DNA of 32,000 nucleotides from NCBI RefSeq assembly GCF_000018105.1, contig NC_009925.1, forward strand, positions 1,050,001 through 1,082,000. The letters are read 5' to 3'. The translations under genes and the position numbers were made by a program. Position 1 is the stretch's first letter. Each line of letters starts with the position of its first letter. Origin of the DNA: Acaryochloris marina MBIC11017. GTDB lineage: Bacteria > Cyanobacteriota > Cyanobacteriia > Thermosynechococcales > Thermosynechococcaceae. The notes below the pieces were generated by a model. That model made no database searches and had not been told where the DNA came from. It saw nothing but the letters and a program-made list of their open reading frames with translations. Of this stretch, positions 18,938-27,900 are shown one piece after another.

Positions 18938-20155
18938 ATGGCAGATTGGCAGACCATTCCAGGCGGGGTGACCGCTCCCCAGGGATACCGCGCAGCAGGT
19001 ATGGCAACAGGCTTAAAGCCATCAGGGGCAAAAGATTTGGCTCTGATTGTGTCCGATGTCAAAGCCCATGGAGCTGGGGTCTTTACGACCAATCGGGTCA
19101 AAGCTGCTTGTGTGACCTATAGCCAGGACCGGATCCAAACCGGTCCAACCGAGATTCAGGCAATTTTGTGCAATTCTGGCCAGGCAAATGCGGGAACAGG
19201 CCCCCAGGGAGACGCCATTGCGATCGCACAAGCAAAGAGCGCGGCCCAAACCTTGGGACTGACTCCGGAAGCCATTCTGATTGCTTCGACTGGGGTAATT
19301 GGTGAACAAATCCCGATTGATAAGGTGGAGGCGGCGATGCCTCAACTGGTGGGGCAGCTTTCCACTGAAGGGTCTGATCAAGCCGCCCAGGCGATTATGA
19401 CCACTGACTTAGTGCCAAAAACCATTGCTTTGGAAACTCACATTGGTGGGCAGCCAGTTCGAGTAGGGGGTATCGCCAAAGGTTCTGGCATGATTCATCC
19501 TGACATGGCGACCTTGTTAGTGTTTGTCACCTGTGATGCTCAGGTGGAACCGACGTTATGGCAGCTAATGATTGGGCGAGCTGCAGATCGCAGTTTTAAT
19601 CAAGTCACGGTGGATGGAGATACCAGTACCAACGATATGCTGTTAGCCCTAGCGAATGGCCAATCTGCCGCTCCAGCCATTCAGGGTCCCAGCCCTGAAG
19701 CCGAGCAAGTGGAAGCTCTGGTGACGGAAGTTTGTAAGCAGTTGGCACAAAAAATTGCCCGAGATGGAGAAGGGGCGACTTGTCTAATTGAAGTGCAAGT
19801 CCAGGGGGCAACTGATGAAGCGAGCGCCCAAAAGATTGCCAAAACCATTGCCGGGTCGATGTTAGTGAAATCGGCGGTGTTTGGCCGTGACCCCAATTGG
19901 GGCCGAATCGCGATGGCGGCAGGTCGGGCAGGGGTAGATTTTGATGCGACCCAGCTCCATATTCAGTTGGGGGATTTCGTCCTGATGCATCATGGCACTC
20001 CCCAAGCGTTTGATCGAGAGGCGGCTAGCCAATATCTCCATCAAGATCCGGTGATGATTCAGGTTAGCGTCGGTGATGGAGCTGGGATGGGCAAAGCTTG
20101 GGGCTGTGATTTGAGCTATGACTACGTCAAAATCAATGCTGAATATACGACCTAA
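18938..20155 (+). CDS. argJ: Bifunctional ornithine acetyltransferase / N-acetylglutamate synthase
   Basis: 405-aa ORF with GVTAPQGYRAAG.ATGLK at the N-terminus, the self-cleavage site GMIHPDMATLLVFVTCDA, TVDGDTSTND, and the C-terminal DLSYDYVKINAEYTT. Confidence 0.93.
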   Translation: MADWQTIPGGVTAPQGYRAAGMATGLKPSGAKDLALIVSDVKAHGAGVFTTNRVKAACVTYSQDRIQTGPTEIQAILCNSGQANAGTGPQGDAIAIAQAKSAAQTLGLTPEAILIASTGVIGEQIPIDKVEAAMPQLVGQLSTEGSDQAAQAIMTTDLVPKTIALETHIGGQPVRVGGIAKGSGMIHPDMATLLVFVTCDAQVEPTLWQLMIGRAADRSFNQVTVDGDTSTNDMLLALANGQSAAPAIQGPSPEAEQVEALVTEVCKQLAQKIARDGEGATCLIEVQVQGATDEASAQKIAKTIAGSMLVKSAVFGRDPNWGRIAMAAGRAGVDFDATQLHIQLGDFVLMHHGTPQAFDREAASQYLHQDPVMIQVSVGDGAGMGKAWGCDLSYDYVKINAEYTT

Positions 20156-20274
20156 AGCTTTAATGGAATGTTGAATACCTAAAGGACTGGCCGTTTTGTA
20201 TTACACATACTACGATTAAGCTCTGCTCATTTTCGTAGATGATGGGTAGCCATACCGTTTAGTTTCACAAGACC

Positions 20275-21177
20275 ATGCAACCCCATTTGATTGTGCCGGT
20301 GGGTACCCAAGTGGTCAGCCGGGTCGATGTTAATACTGAGTCAGGTGTCTGTCTCGCAGGAGCTGTTGGCAAGATTGTCAAAGCCCCCACGGATAATTCC
20401 CATTCCTATGAAATTGAATTGGCCGATGGCCGCTGTTTATATTTACAGCGGCATCAGTTTAGCCTGCGTAAACAGTATCAGACTCAAGGGTTTCCCGACT
20501 TTTTGGCAGACTACAACCTGCAAGATTATGTGATTTATCGCTGTGTGGTCGGTTCACGAGCTTATGGTTTAGATGACGAGTATTCCGATTGCGATCGCAG
20601 AGGTATCTATCTCCCCCCAGCCCCCTTGCATTGGTCTCTGTACGGAATTCCCGAGCAGATTGAGGATAAACCCGCTCAAGAATGCTATTGGGAATTGCAG
20701 AAGTTTATCTTGTTGGCCCTAAAAGCCAATCCCAATGTTCTGGAATGTCTCTATTCCCCCCTAATTGAAACGGCAACGCCCCTGGCACAAACGCTGCTGA
20801 ACCATCGCACTATGTTTTTATCCCGGTTGGTCTATCAAACCTACAACGGCTATGCCCTCTCCCAGTTCAAAAAAATGGAGCAGGATTTACGGTCCAAAGG
20901 CCATATCCGCTGGAAGCATGCTATGCATCTAATTCGGCTGCTCTTGTCTGGGATTACCGTCCTCAAGGAAGGGTTTGTCCCCGTCGATATGAGCGACTAT
21001 CGTGAACGTCTGCTAGGGATAAAATACGAGGACTGGACTTGGCCCCAGGTGGATCAGTGGCGGCTGCAGCTCCATCGGGAGTTCGAGCAGGCTTTTGCTC
21101 ACACCCAGCTACCAGAACGGCCTAACTATGAACAAGCCAATGCTTTTTTGATCGAAGCGCGACGAAGCATGGTGTAA
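20275..21177 (+). CDS. Pol-beta-fold nucleotidyltransferase of the YcgL/RlaP (PF10127-like) family with an extra N-terminal domain of about 85 aa
   Basis: 300-aa ORF. NTase motif VVGSRAYGLDDEYSDCDRRGIY (G-S-x-x-Y-G ... D-x-D) and the family-typical LECLYSPL block. The N-terminal 85 aa (PVGTQVVSRVDV...YEIELADGRCLYLQRHQF) are absent from the paralogue at 24188. Confidence 0.65.
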   Translation: MQPHLIVPVGTQVVSRVDVNTESGVCLAGAVGKIVKAPTDNSHSYEIELADGRCLYLQRHQFSLRKQYQTQGFPDFLADYNLQDYVIYRCVVGSRAYGLDDEYSDCDRRGIYLPPAPLHWSLYGIPEQIEDKPAQECYWELQKFILLALKANPNVLECLYSPLIETATPLAQTLLNHRTMFLSRLVYQTYNGYALSQFKKMEQDLRSKGHIRWKHAMHLIRLLLSGITVLKEGFVPVDMSDYRERLLGIKYEDWTWPQVDQWRLQLHREFEQAFAHTQLPERPNYEQANAFLIEARRSMV

Positions 21178-21194
21178 GACAAGGAGAGCTAGCA

Positions 21195-21557
21195 ATGGCA
21201 AATTCAATTATGGTAATTGCCCCTTATCGATATGAAGAGATGTGGGTATTTGACGATCCGCAAGCGGGATTAGTGCAGGAACCCTTTGTTAGTGGTATTC
21301 CCCAAATGATCGATCGGTTGGTGGTCGATATTCCTAAAGCTGAGCAAGGATTCAAGCTGATCTTTGCTCAAACTCCTTTTCCGGGGTATCAAGCTCAGCT
21401 AGACTGGCTGCGGCAAGAATTTGGAGGTCATTGGTATCGCTGGTCGGCGGAGGAAATGGAAGGGTGGCTCTGTCCAGCCCTGTTTAAATACTTTGCCGAT
21501 GCGCCGCCCCAACTCTTTTGCCAAGCTGAGGCGAAGTTATTCCAGTGCGATGCTTGA
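21195..21557 (+). CDS. Conserved-looking hypothetical protein (120 aa), apparently co-transcribed with the nucleotidyltransferase
   Basis: ORF begins 17 nt after the NTase stop and is preceded by AAGGAG. Composition is non-repetitive and globular-looking (VIAPYRYEEMWVFDDPQAGLVQEPFVSGIPQMIDRLV, EGWLCPALFKYF). I cannot name a family with confidence. Confidence 0.55.
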   Translation: MANSIMVIAPYRYEEMWVFDDPQAGLVQEPFVSGIPQMIDRLVVDIPKAEQGFKLIFAQTPFPGYQAQLDWLRQEFGGHWYRWSAEEMEGWLCPALFKYFADAPPQLFCQAEAKLFQCDA

Positions 21558-21593
21558 GGTGCTGGTTCAGCACCAAAATGACAGAATCAACTG

Positions 21594-21685
21594 CCCCGCT
21601 GCAAGCAGACGGGGTATGGAATACGATTTGCTCCCAAACCGTAGATTTGGATTACAATCCCATTTCTTCGCTGCAAGCAGCGGGG
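21594..21685. repeat. Two copies of a hairpin-forming motif CGCTGCAAGCAG(A)CGGGG, 72 nt apart
   Basis: Copy 1 core at 21597-21614, copy 2 core at 21669-21685. Each folds as a short stem around a CAAG tetraloop. They lie in the 166-nt convergent spacer, together with a third hairpin GGTGCTG-GTT-CAGCACC at 21558-21574. Confidence 0.4.
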
Positions 21686-21723
21686 AATCTACCCTCACTA
21701 GATTGATAAGACGTACCTATTAA

Positions 21724-22893
21724 CTAGGCGGCTAGGAGCTGTTGCCCTTCCACAAACTGCTGAATCAAATCTTTTAGCTGGGACTGGAAGGATTTGATCT
21801 CAGCTATCCCCAAGGGCTTCGTCAAAAACTCGCACCCACTCCACTGAGCCCGCCACTTGTTAGATAGCTTCTGCTCTCCAGTCAAAATGACGAGTGGGAT
21901 AGTAGAAATTCTGTTTTGCTGACGAATCCGTTTGACCAATTCAAATCCGGTAATGCCAGGCATATTGATATCAATAAATATCATCGATGGCTTGACTTGC
22001 TGAATTTTATCGACAGCTCGCTCAGACTCTTGGCAAGCGATAACCTGATGCCCTAACACTTTAACTAGATGCTCGAATTGCTTAATCAGTATGGGGGAAT
22101 CATCAATAATCATGATAGGTGCACAATCTGATTGCATTGGTCGTTCTATCTCAACCAGATCACGTTGCACCCATTGGGAAAAGATGGAGGCGATTTCCAA
22201 GGGGTCTTTACCAAGGGCAACCGAAATTTCCTCCAGCGATTTGTGATGTTTGGATATTCGGTCAAACCATTTTTTCTCTAAAGGAGATAATTCTGTCTCA
22301 CTGACTTTTTTTTGATTAACAACGGGAATGCCGTCCATTGAAAGAATGAATGACTTGAGTTGTTCCCATTTTTTTTGGCGGAGTAATCCTTCACTAAGGA
22401 TTTCATGACCAGAGAATCCTAATAGCGGATCAATGGAACTGAGCTGCTCATCTGGCAGAAAATGGGCTGCCCCCTGACCAGCATTTAAGAATGTATCAAA
22501 GTGAATCAGAATTTTATGTTTGAGTGCTTGCCTTAATTCCTTAGGCGTAATCACTCGCTTCAAGAGCATGTCAGTCATAACTGTGCAAATGGAACTATTT
22601 CCCTGCTCAAGCTTGGTCGCCCATTCTGAAAAATAAGGCTTATATTTTTCTTGACGAGCTGAATAATTAAACCGTTTGACCGTTCTAAGAAATGACTCTC
22701 CACTCAGTCGATGACTGCCTGCATAACATAAAGTACCGGCATGATTTACACCGAGGTAAGCTGCCTGATTGTGAATCTGACTTGAGTTGGAAAAATTAAA
22801 TTGCCAATATCCATTTTGAGAGGATTGAATAGCTGCCAAAATTTGGGTAACAAATTCCTGTTTTCTAAAGGAGAAAGAATTAGAGTGACTCAT
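21724..22893 (-). CDS. PatA-type response regulator (N-terminal PATAN-like domain plus C-terminal receiver)
   Basis: 389-aa ORF. The C-terminal REC is IMIIDDSPILIKQFEHL...MIFIDINMPGITGFELVKRIR...PLVILTGEQ...FLTKPL. The N-terminal domain of about 250 aa has the size and placement seen in PatA/PixG/PilG-type regulators. Confidence 0.8.
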   Translation of the reverse strand: MSHSNSFSFRKQEFVTQILAAIQSSQNGYWQFNFSNSSQIHNQAAYLGVNHAGTLCYAGSHRLSGESFLRTVKRFNYSARQEKYKPYFSEWATKLEQGNSSICTVMTDMLLKRVITPKELRQALKHKILIHFDTFLNAGQGAAHFLPDEQLSSIDPLLGFSGHEILSEGLLRQKKWEQLKSFILSMDGIPVVNQKKVSETELSPLEKKWFDRISKHHKSLEEISVALGKDPLEIASIFSQWVQRDLVEIERPMQSDCAPIMIIDDSPILIKQFEHLVKVLGHQVIACQESERAVDKIQQVKPSMIFIDINMPGITGFELVKRIRQQNRISTIPLVILTGEQKLSNKWRAQWSGCEFLTKPLGIAEIKSFQSQLKDLIQQFVEGQQLLAA

Positions 22894-23048
22894 ATGTTCG
22901 TTAATGACCAGAGATCTGGGAATTTATACAGCGATAAAAGATTGATAGGGCTATCTATCAACGGGAACTCACTTGTCTCTCATTTATTTAAATATCCTGG
23001 CAATGAGAGAGTATTTTAGATAAAGTCATTGGGGAATAATTGGCCTAC

Positions 23049-23669
23049 CTAAATCGCTACACAGGCAGGGGGCGGTTCTAATAAAATTTGCTCAGCATTC
23101 CATAAACAGTTGATTTCCTGAAGATTTATGCCGAAATGGATGCGTAAATCGTGAATAGATTGATCACTATAGTCTTCGAAATGGACTTTATGGATATTTT
23201 TAAATCTAACTTTTCTCCCATACATAAAACCAAAATCAAAGGCTCTTCGATGCAGCGCATTAAACTGATACGGCTGGGGGAAGAACAGTTTAGAAAAAAG
23301 CTTATATGCGTAGATATGGTGACTGCCTACCTTTACACAATTTCCCATGGTATAGCCAATCACAAAAGCCTCGTCGAATAGCGACATACCTCGATTAAGC
23401 AGGAGATGTATGTAGTCATGTCCTTTCAGATCGACACTTCCTGGTAGAGCGATAGGGCTGTTTGGATTTTCGATAAGCCAAATTGAGAGAGGAATATCAG
23501 CCTGTTGATCTTTAACGAATTGTTGATAGGCGTCTCCAAGCTTCATCCAGCCAATATCAGAATCGGCGGTCAAAGCGCATATGTCTGACTTAAATGCCTG
23601 TTTGTGTTTTTTTGAAAAAGTATTTTTAGACGTTACTTTTTCCTCCATCAGATTTAGTGCAGCAACCAT
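23049..23669 (-). CDS. Coq4-family-like protein (HDxxH-x11-E metal-site motif)
   Basis: 206-aa ORF in a low-GC islet. GHDYIHLLLNRGMSLFDEAFVIGYTMG fits the Coq4 signature HDxxH-(x)11-E (compare human COQ4 HDLLHTLLGLPTNILGE, from memory). The ATG at 23669 overlaps the upstream ORF by 16 nt; an alternative ATG lies at 23648. Confidence 0.45.
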   Translation of the reverse strand: MVAALNLMEEKVTSKNTFSKKHKQAFKSDICALTADSDIGWMKLGDAYQQFVKDQQADIPLSIWLIENPNSPIALPGSVDLKGHDYIHLLLNRGMSLFDEAFVIGYTMGNCVKVGSHHIYAYKLFSKLFFPQPYQFNALHRRAFDFGFMYGRKVRFKNIHKVHFEDYSDQSIHDLRIHFGINLQEINCLWNAEQILLEPPPACVAI

Positions 23670-23959
23670 CGATAAATTCCGAGACAGTCTACAAAAACAA
23701 AGAGCGATGCAGAATACATCATTAATCCCTTATTGCCAGTCATCGAGCTAGAGATAAAGATTTGACTTGAACTCAGTGCCAAAAGGATAAAACCATATTT
23801 GCTTACTGGGGTATTTGAAGAGAGGATGACTCCTCCGGCAACGGCAGAGACACTACTCGAAAACTGTAAGAATTGAGAAATAAAAGAGTTTTTATGCTTG
23901 TTAAAGACTGAATTATTGCTTAGGGCAATTTGATCACTTTGTCCTATGTTTTCTTGCAT
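23654..23959 (-). CDS. Small membrane protein with three predicted TM helices (unknown family)
   Basis: The maximal ORF 23654..24055 starts at a TTG. The ATG at 23959 gives a 101-aa product (MQENIGQ...) with three hydrophobic stretches: FISQFLQFSSSVSAVAGGVILSS, YGFILLALSSSQIFISSSM and LMMYSASLFVFVDCLGIYRWL. Its 3' end overlaps the start of the Coq4-like gene. Confidence 0.4.
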   Translation of the reverse strand: MQENIGQSDQIALSNNSVFNKHKNSFISQFLQFSSSVSAVAGGVILSSNTPVSKYGFILLALSSSQIFISSSMTGNKGLMMYSASLFVFVDCLGIYRWLLH

Positions 23960-24187
23960 CCGTTTTTTGAATACGATAGAGATGTAGGAAAAATATTTTT
24001 CTCTAGATTGAATTTCAGAATAAAAATATTTATCTTTTACTAGAATAAAAACCAATTTAATGATTAACCTCAGTATAATTTCGGAATAATTTCCTGTTGG
24101 ATTTGTTCGAGAACACTTGATATATTTTTGTTGCAGTTATTCTTAGCCTTGACTGATACGATTCGAATCATTAGATGTACCAAACGA

Positions 24188-24949
24188 ATGAGATTTGAGC
24201 TGCCCACACCATTTCAGAGAATTCTAAGCAAAGAACCCTATCCCCTGCTATTTGCCACCATTAGTGGTGCCCACTTGTATGGCTTTCCCTCTGCTGATTC
24301 AGACTATGACTTGCGAGGCGTTCATATTCTGCCTTTGAAAGAAGTCATTGGTCTGCAGACGGGATCCGAAACTCGGGAAATTTCTACCGAACAGGAGGGC
24401 ATTGAGCTGGATCTGGTGACCCATGATGTCAAAAAATTTATGGGGTTGCTGCTGAAGCGTAATGGCTATGTGCTAGAGCAGCTCTACTCACCGCTGATGG
24501 TGGCAACGTCTCCTGAACATGATGCCTTAAAAGAGATAGCAACTCGATGCATCACTCGGCATCATAGTCATCACTACTTAGGATTTGCCCAGACCCAATG
24601 GCGGCTCTTCACCAAAGAATCTCCAGCTCGGGTCAAACCATTGCTGTATGTCTTTCGAGTCTTGCTTACGGGAATTCACTTGATGCAGACGGGCGAAATT
24701 GAGGCTAATCTCAGACACTTGAACGAAAAGTTTCAATTAACCTACATCCCCGATTTAATCGCCCAAAAAACATCCGGCCCAGAACGAGCAGTCATTAAAG
24801 AGGGGGATCAGGTGTTCTTTGAAGGAGAGTATCGCCGTCTCTTACAAAAGCTAGAAAACGCCAGTCAGTCTAGTATTCTCCCAGACAGTCCCTCTGCTGG
24901 GGCTGATCTCCATGACCTGTTGGTCAACATTCGGCTGGCTGCTTGTTAA
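24188..24949 (+). CDS. Pol-beta-fold nucleotidyltransferase of the YcgL/RlaP (PF10127-like) family, second paralogue
   Basis: ORF 24128..24949 begins with TTG. The ATG at 24188 gives MRFELPTPF. ISGAHLYGFPSADSDYDLRGVH closely resembles the B. subtilis YcgL-type motif GSRAWGF.S.DSDYD.R (from memory). The LEQLYSPL block is shared with the ORF at 20275. Confidence 0.65.
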   Translation: MRFELPTPFQRILSKEPYPLLFATISGAHLYGFPSADSDYDLRGVHILPLKEVIGLQTGSETREISTEQEGIELDLVTHDVKKFMGLLLKRNGYVLEQLYSPLMVATSPEHDALKEIATRCITRHHSHHYLGFAQTQWRLFTKESPARVKPLLYVFRVLLTGIHLMQTGEIEANLRHLNEKFQLTYIPDLIAQKTSGPERAVIKEGDQVFFEGEYRRLLQKLENASQSSILPDSPSAGADLHDLLVNIRLAAC

Positions 24950-27900
24950 GGTGGGTTTTAACGCAGTTAATCAGCTCTGGCGTTGAAAACCCTTTATTCA
25001 AATAGTCGTTGGCACCCAAACGTTCCGCTTCTTTACCCCACTCTTCAGAAAGCCGGGAAGATACCACTAGGATCGGCATTTCCATATTGGACTGCCGACA
25101 GCGGTCAATCAGCGTGAACCCATCCATATTGGGCATTTCCACATCGGTAATCATCATATCGGGAGCACCATTCGCTTGCAGCCATTGCCAGGCTTCTTGA
25201 CCATCGCTACAGGTAAAGGTGGCAAAACCGTAGGTATTCAGACTGCTTTCCAATCGCCGACGCATCAGGGCAGCATCATCCACCACCAAAATCGTTTGTA
25301 CACCTTCAGATATGGGGGCTTTGGGCTCTTCCGGAGCTTTGTGGGTTTGGGGTTGTTGCTTCGCCAAAGACTGAGCCAGTTCCAGGGGATCTAAGACACT
25401 CAGTAACTGACCATCCGCTTGTAAACTGACGCCCATTAAGGCGGGCGGACTCACGAGGGGATGGGGCAGAGGCTGAATCAGTAGTTCTTCCTGTCCCAAC
25501 AAATCATCCGCAATCAACCAAACATCATTGCCATCTGGCAAGGATATACGGACACAAATAGCCGTATCGGACACTTGGGTGAATTCATGCCAAAAGGCTG
25601 CCAGCCCATAGCCTGAGCCAGAGCTGTCCTGAAAAGAGAGCTGCCAGGTGAGGTCACTGTCTGCTGGCGGCTGTAGTTGATTGGTGCTAGCCAGGACCGT
25701 TTCTCGAATATCATCGGTGGGAACCGCCACCTTTCGTTCTCCTACTTTGAGCAGGACACAAGGAACCAATAGCTGCGGTGCTGGAATTTCAATGATAAAG
25801 ATGGTGCCTTGTCCCAACCGGGTGTCGAGCAGTAACCGACCCCCAATATTGGTAATTTGGTTGGCGACCACATCCATGCCGACCCCTCGACCGGAGACTT
25901 CACTCACGGAGCTACGGGAGCTAAATCCTGGCTGGCAGAGAACGGCGATCAGATCCGCTGGCGTATTGGTTTGAGTGAGGGGAAAACCTCGCTCTTGGGC
26001 AATCTGACTGACTTTTTGGGCATCAATCCCTTTGCCATCGTCTTGTAGCAATAGTCGATATAAATTACCTCGCCGTTCTAAAGCCAGTTGAATGGTGGCC
26101 TGCACCGGCTTCCCTCGTTCCAAGCGCTCATCCATCGTCTCAATGCCATGATCGTAGGCATTTCTCAAGAGATGGAGTAAGGCCGGTTCCAATTGTTGGA
26201 TAACACCTGCATCCAGTTCAACTTGCTCACCTTCTATTTCTAATTGTGCAGGTTTGTCATAGCGATTGGTCAAATCCCGAAGAATGGCTCGGGCTCGCAG
26301 GGTAATATTGCTAAAGGGAACCAGGCGACTGGTTTCAATACCATCTTTGAGCTGGGTGATATTGCGACTGAGCTGGCCTAAATTGTTGACGGTGTGCTGG
26401 GTGGTGCCTTCTAGTTCTGCCCCTAGCTCAGCCATCCGTAAAATATTTTCTAAAAGACGATTGATGGTGGTGTAACCCTGACGGTAGCGTTCCATTGAGA
26501 CGCCACTGTCCGAATCCTGCACGTCACTGATATCGCGCAACAAAGCATAGTCATCCTGGAGCTGTCGGAGTCTAGAAATATATTCAGCACTCTCTTGCGT
26601 GAGGGCCGTCAGTTGAGTGAGTTGGGACTGCAGGGTCGAAGACTCATTAAAGGCGGATCGAGCAGTCAGCAGGGTCTCAACCACTTGTTGAGAAGATTGA
26701 TTGAGTCGGCTTAAGGGAACCGGGATTTTAATTTCCCGCTTTGAAGAGCCGGGGACTGGGGTTGCAGACGGCTTGGAACTGGGTTGGGAATGGGGGAATA
26801 GACCAGGCTGGGGGGATGACCCAGCAGACTCCGCGATATCAGTGAGCAGGTCTGGTAGATCGCCAATGCCTAAATCTTGATCGATGAGATCATCGAAGTC
26901 CATGCTATCGGCTTCAGCCAGGAATTCATCGGACAAATCAGCCATGTCATCCAGATCGGCCTCGTTATCCAGATTGGCAGACTCGGGTTGATCTGCAGCA
27001 ATGGCACTGGAGAGGGCAGGTTTAGCAGGAGCCATTGCGGCCAGATCGAAGTCTATTTCATCGAAACTGAGATCGATGTCTGCATCGAGGTCGATATCCG
27101 CATCCAGGTCGATGTCTACATCGAAGTCGTCAAAGCTGTCGTCGGCGAGGGGAGAGACTGCTTCAGGTTCCTGAACGGGAGAGGGTAATACAACGGGTTC
27201 TTCTGGCAGTGCGGTGACCAGTGAGTCAAACTGCTCTTGTTGTTCAGGGGTTAACTGACCGCTTTGCTTGGCACAATGCTTGAGTAAATCAAAGTATATC
27301 GGCCATTGCGGCTGCCATACATCCGCCAATGGAAACTGCTGAAGCTGAGACGCACCACCCAACAGCTTGGACCAATCCTCGGCGAGCTGGAGGTCCTCAC
27401 CAATTTGTTGCAGCTGGCCCAACATTTGTTGCGCCTTAGCCAGGGTTGACGAGGGCACCTGGGGAGTGTCCAGTTGGTTGACGGCCATTTCTAGTTCTAG
27501 AATGACCAGATCGAAGCCTTGTTCCGCAAATTCCTGATGGACTTGGGTCAGCTCATCCCAGTTAGGCAGATAGTTCAGCTGAATCTGCTCATGCAGGGTT
27601 TTGATGCGGTTGACCGTGGGCGTGACTGCAGATTGGGCTTCAGGGCCTGAGAGTTGCAAACAGCTACCCAGCAGTTCCCCTGCTTCTAGAAGCATGCGAT
27701 GTAAAGCCCCATCTTCTAGGGGAGGCGCTTCTTCTAGATAACGCAAATCGGATAAAAGATCTTCTAAGACCATGGCGGCATGGAGAACCGCATCGGCCCC
27801 CACTGTAACCGCACTTCCCTTAATAGTATGAATAGCCCGGTAGATATTCTGGATATCTGCCACCCAAGAGCTGGGATTGAGGTTTTGAGACAGCTGAAAA

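Noticed and set aside
21594-21685. The 72-nt spacing of the two CGCTGCAAGCAG(A)CGGGG copies suggested a degenerate CRISPR array.
   Set aside because: There are only two imperfect copies. The conserved core is about 18 nt rather than a full repeat of about 36 nt, and the window has no cas genes or leader.
21421-21723. 100-aa plus-strand ORF overlapping the 3' end of the 120-aa gene and covering the hairpin spacer.
   Set aside because: It is an alternative frame of a better-supported ORF and then runs through hairpin repeats. It is Arg-rich and lacks a ribosome-binding site.
22801-23019. 72-aa plus-strand ORF spanning the patA-type gene start and the adjacent spacer.
   Set aside because: It is antisense to the regulator's 5' end and then intergenic, with no motif. 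The inverted repeat CTCTCATT/AATGAGAG (about 22975-23011) in the spacer is short, AT-rich and lacks a U-tract.
26877-27188. 103-aa plus-strand ORF antisense to the acidic linker of the CheA-like gene.
   Set aside because: It mirrors the Asp-rich repeat (an Ile/Glu/Val-rich shadow) and lies fully inside a multi-domain gene with strong motifs on the minus strand.
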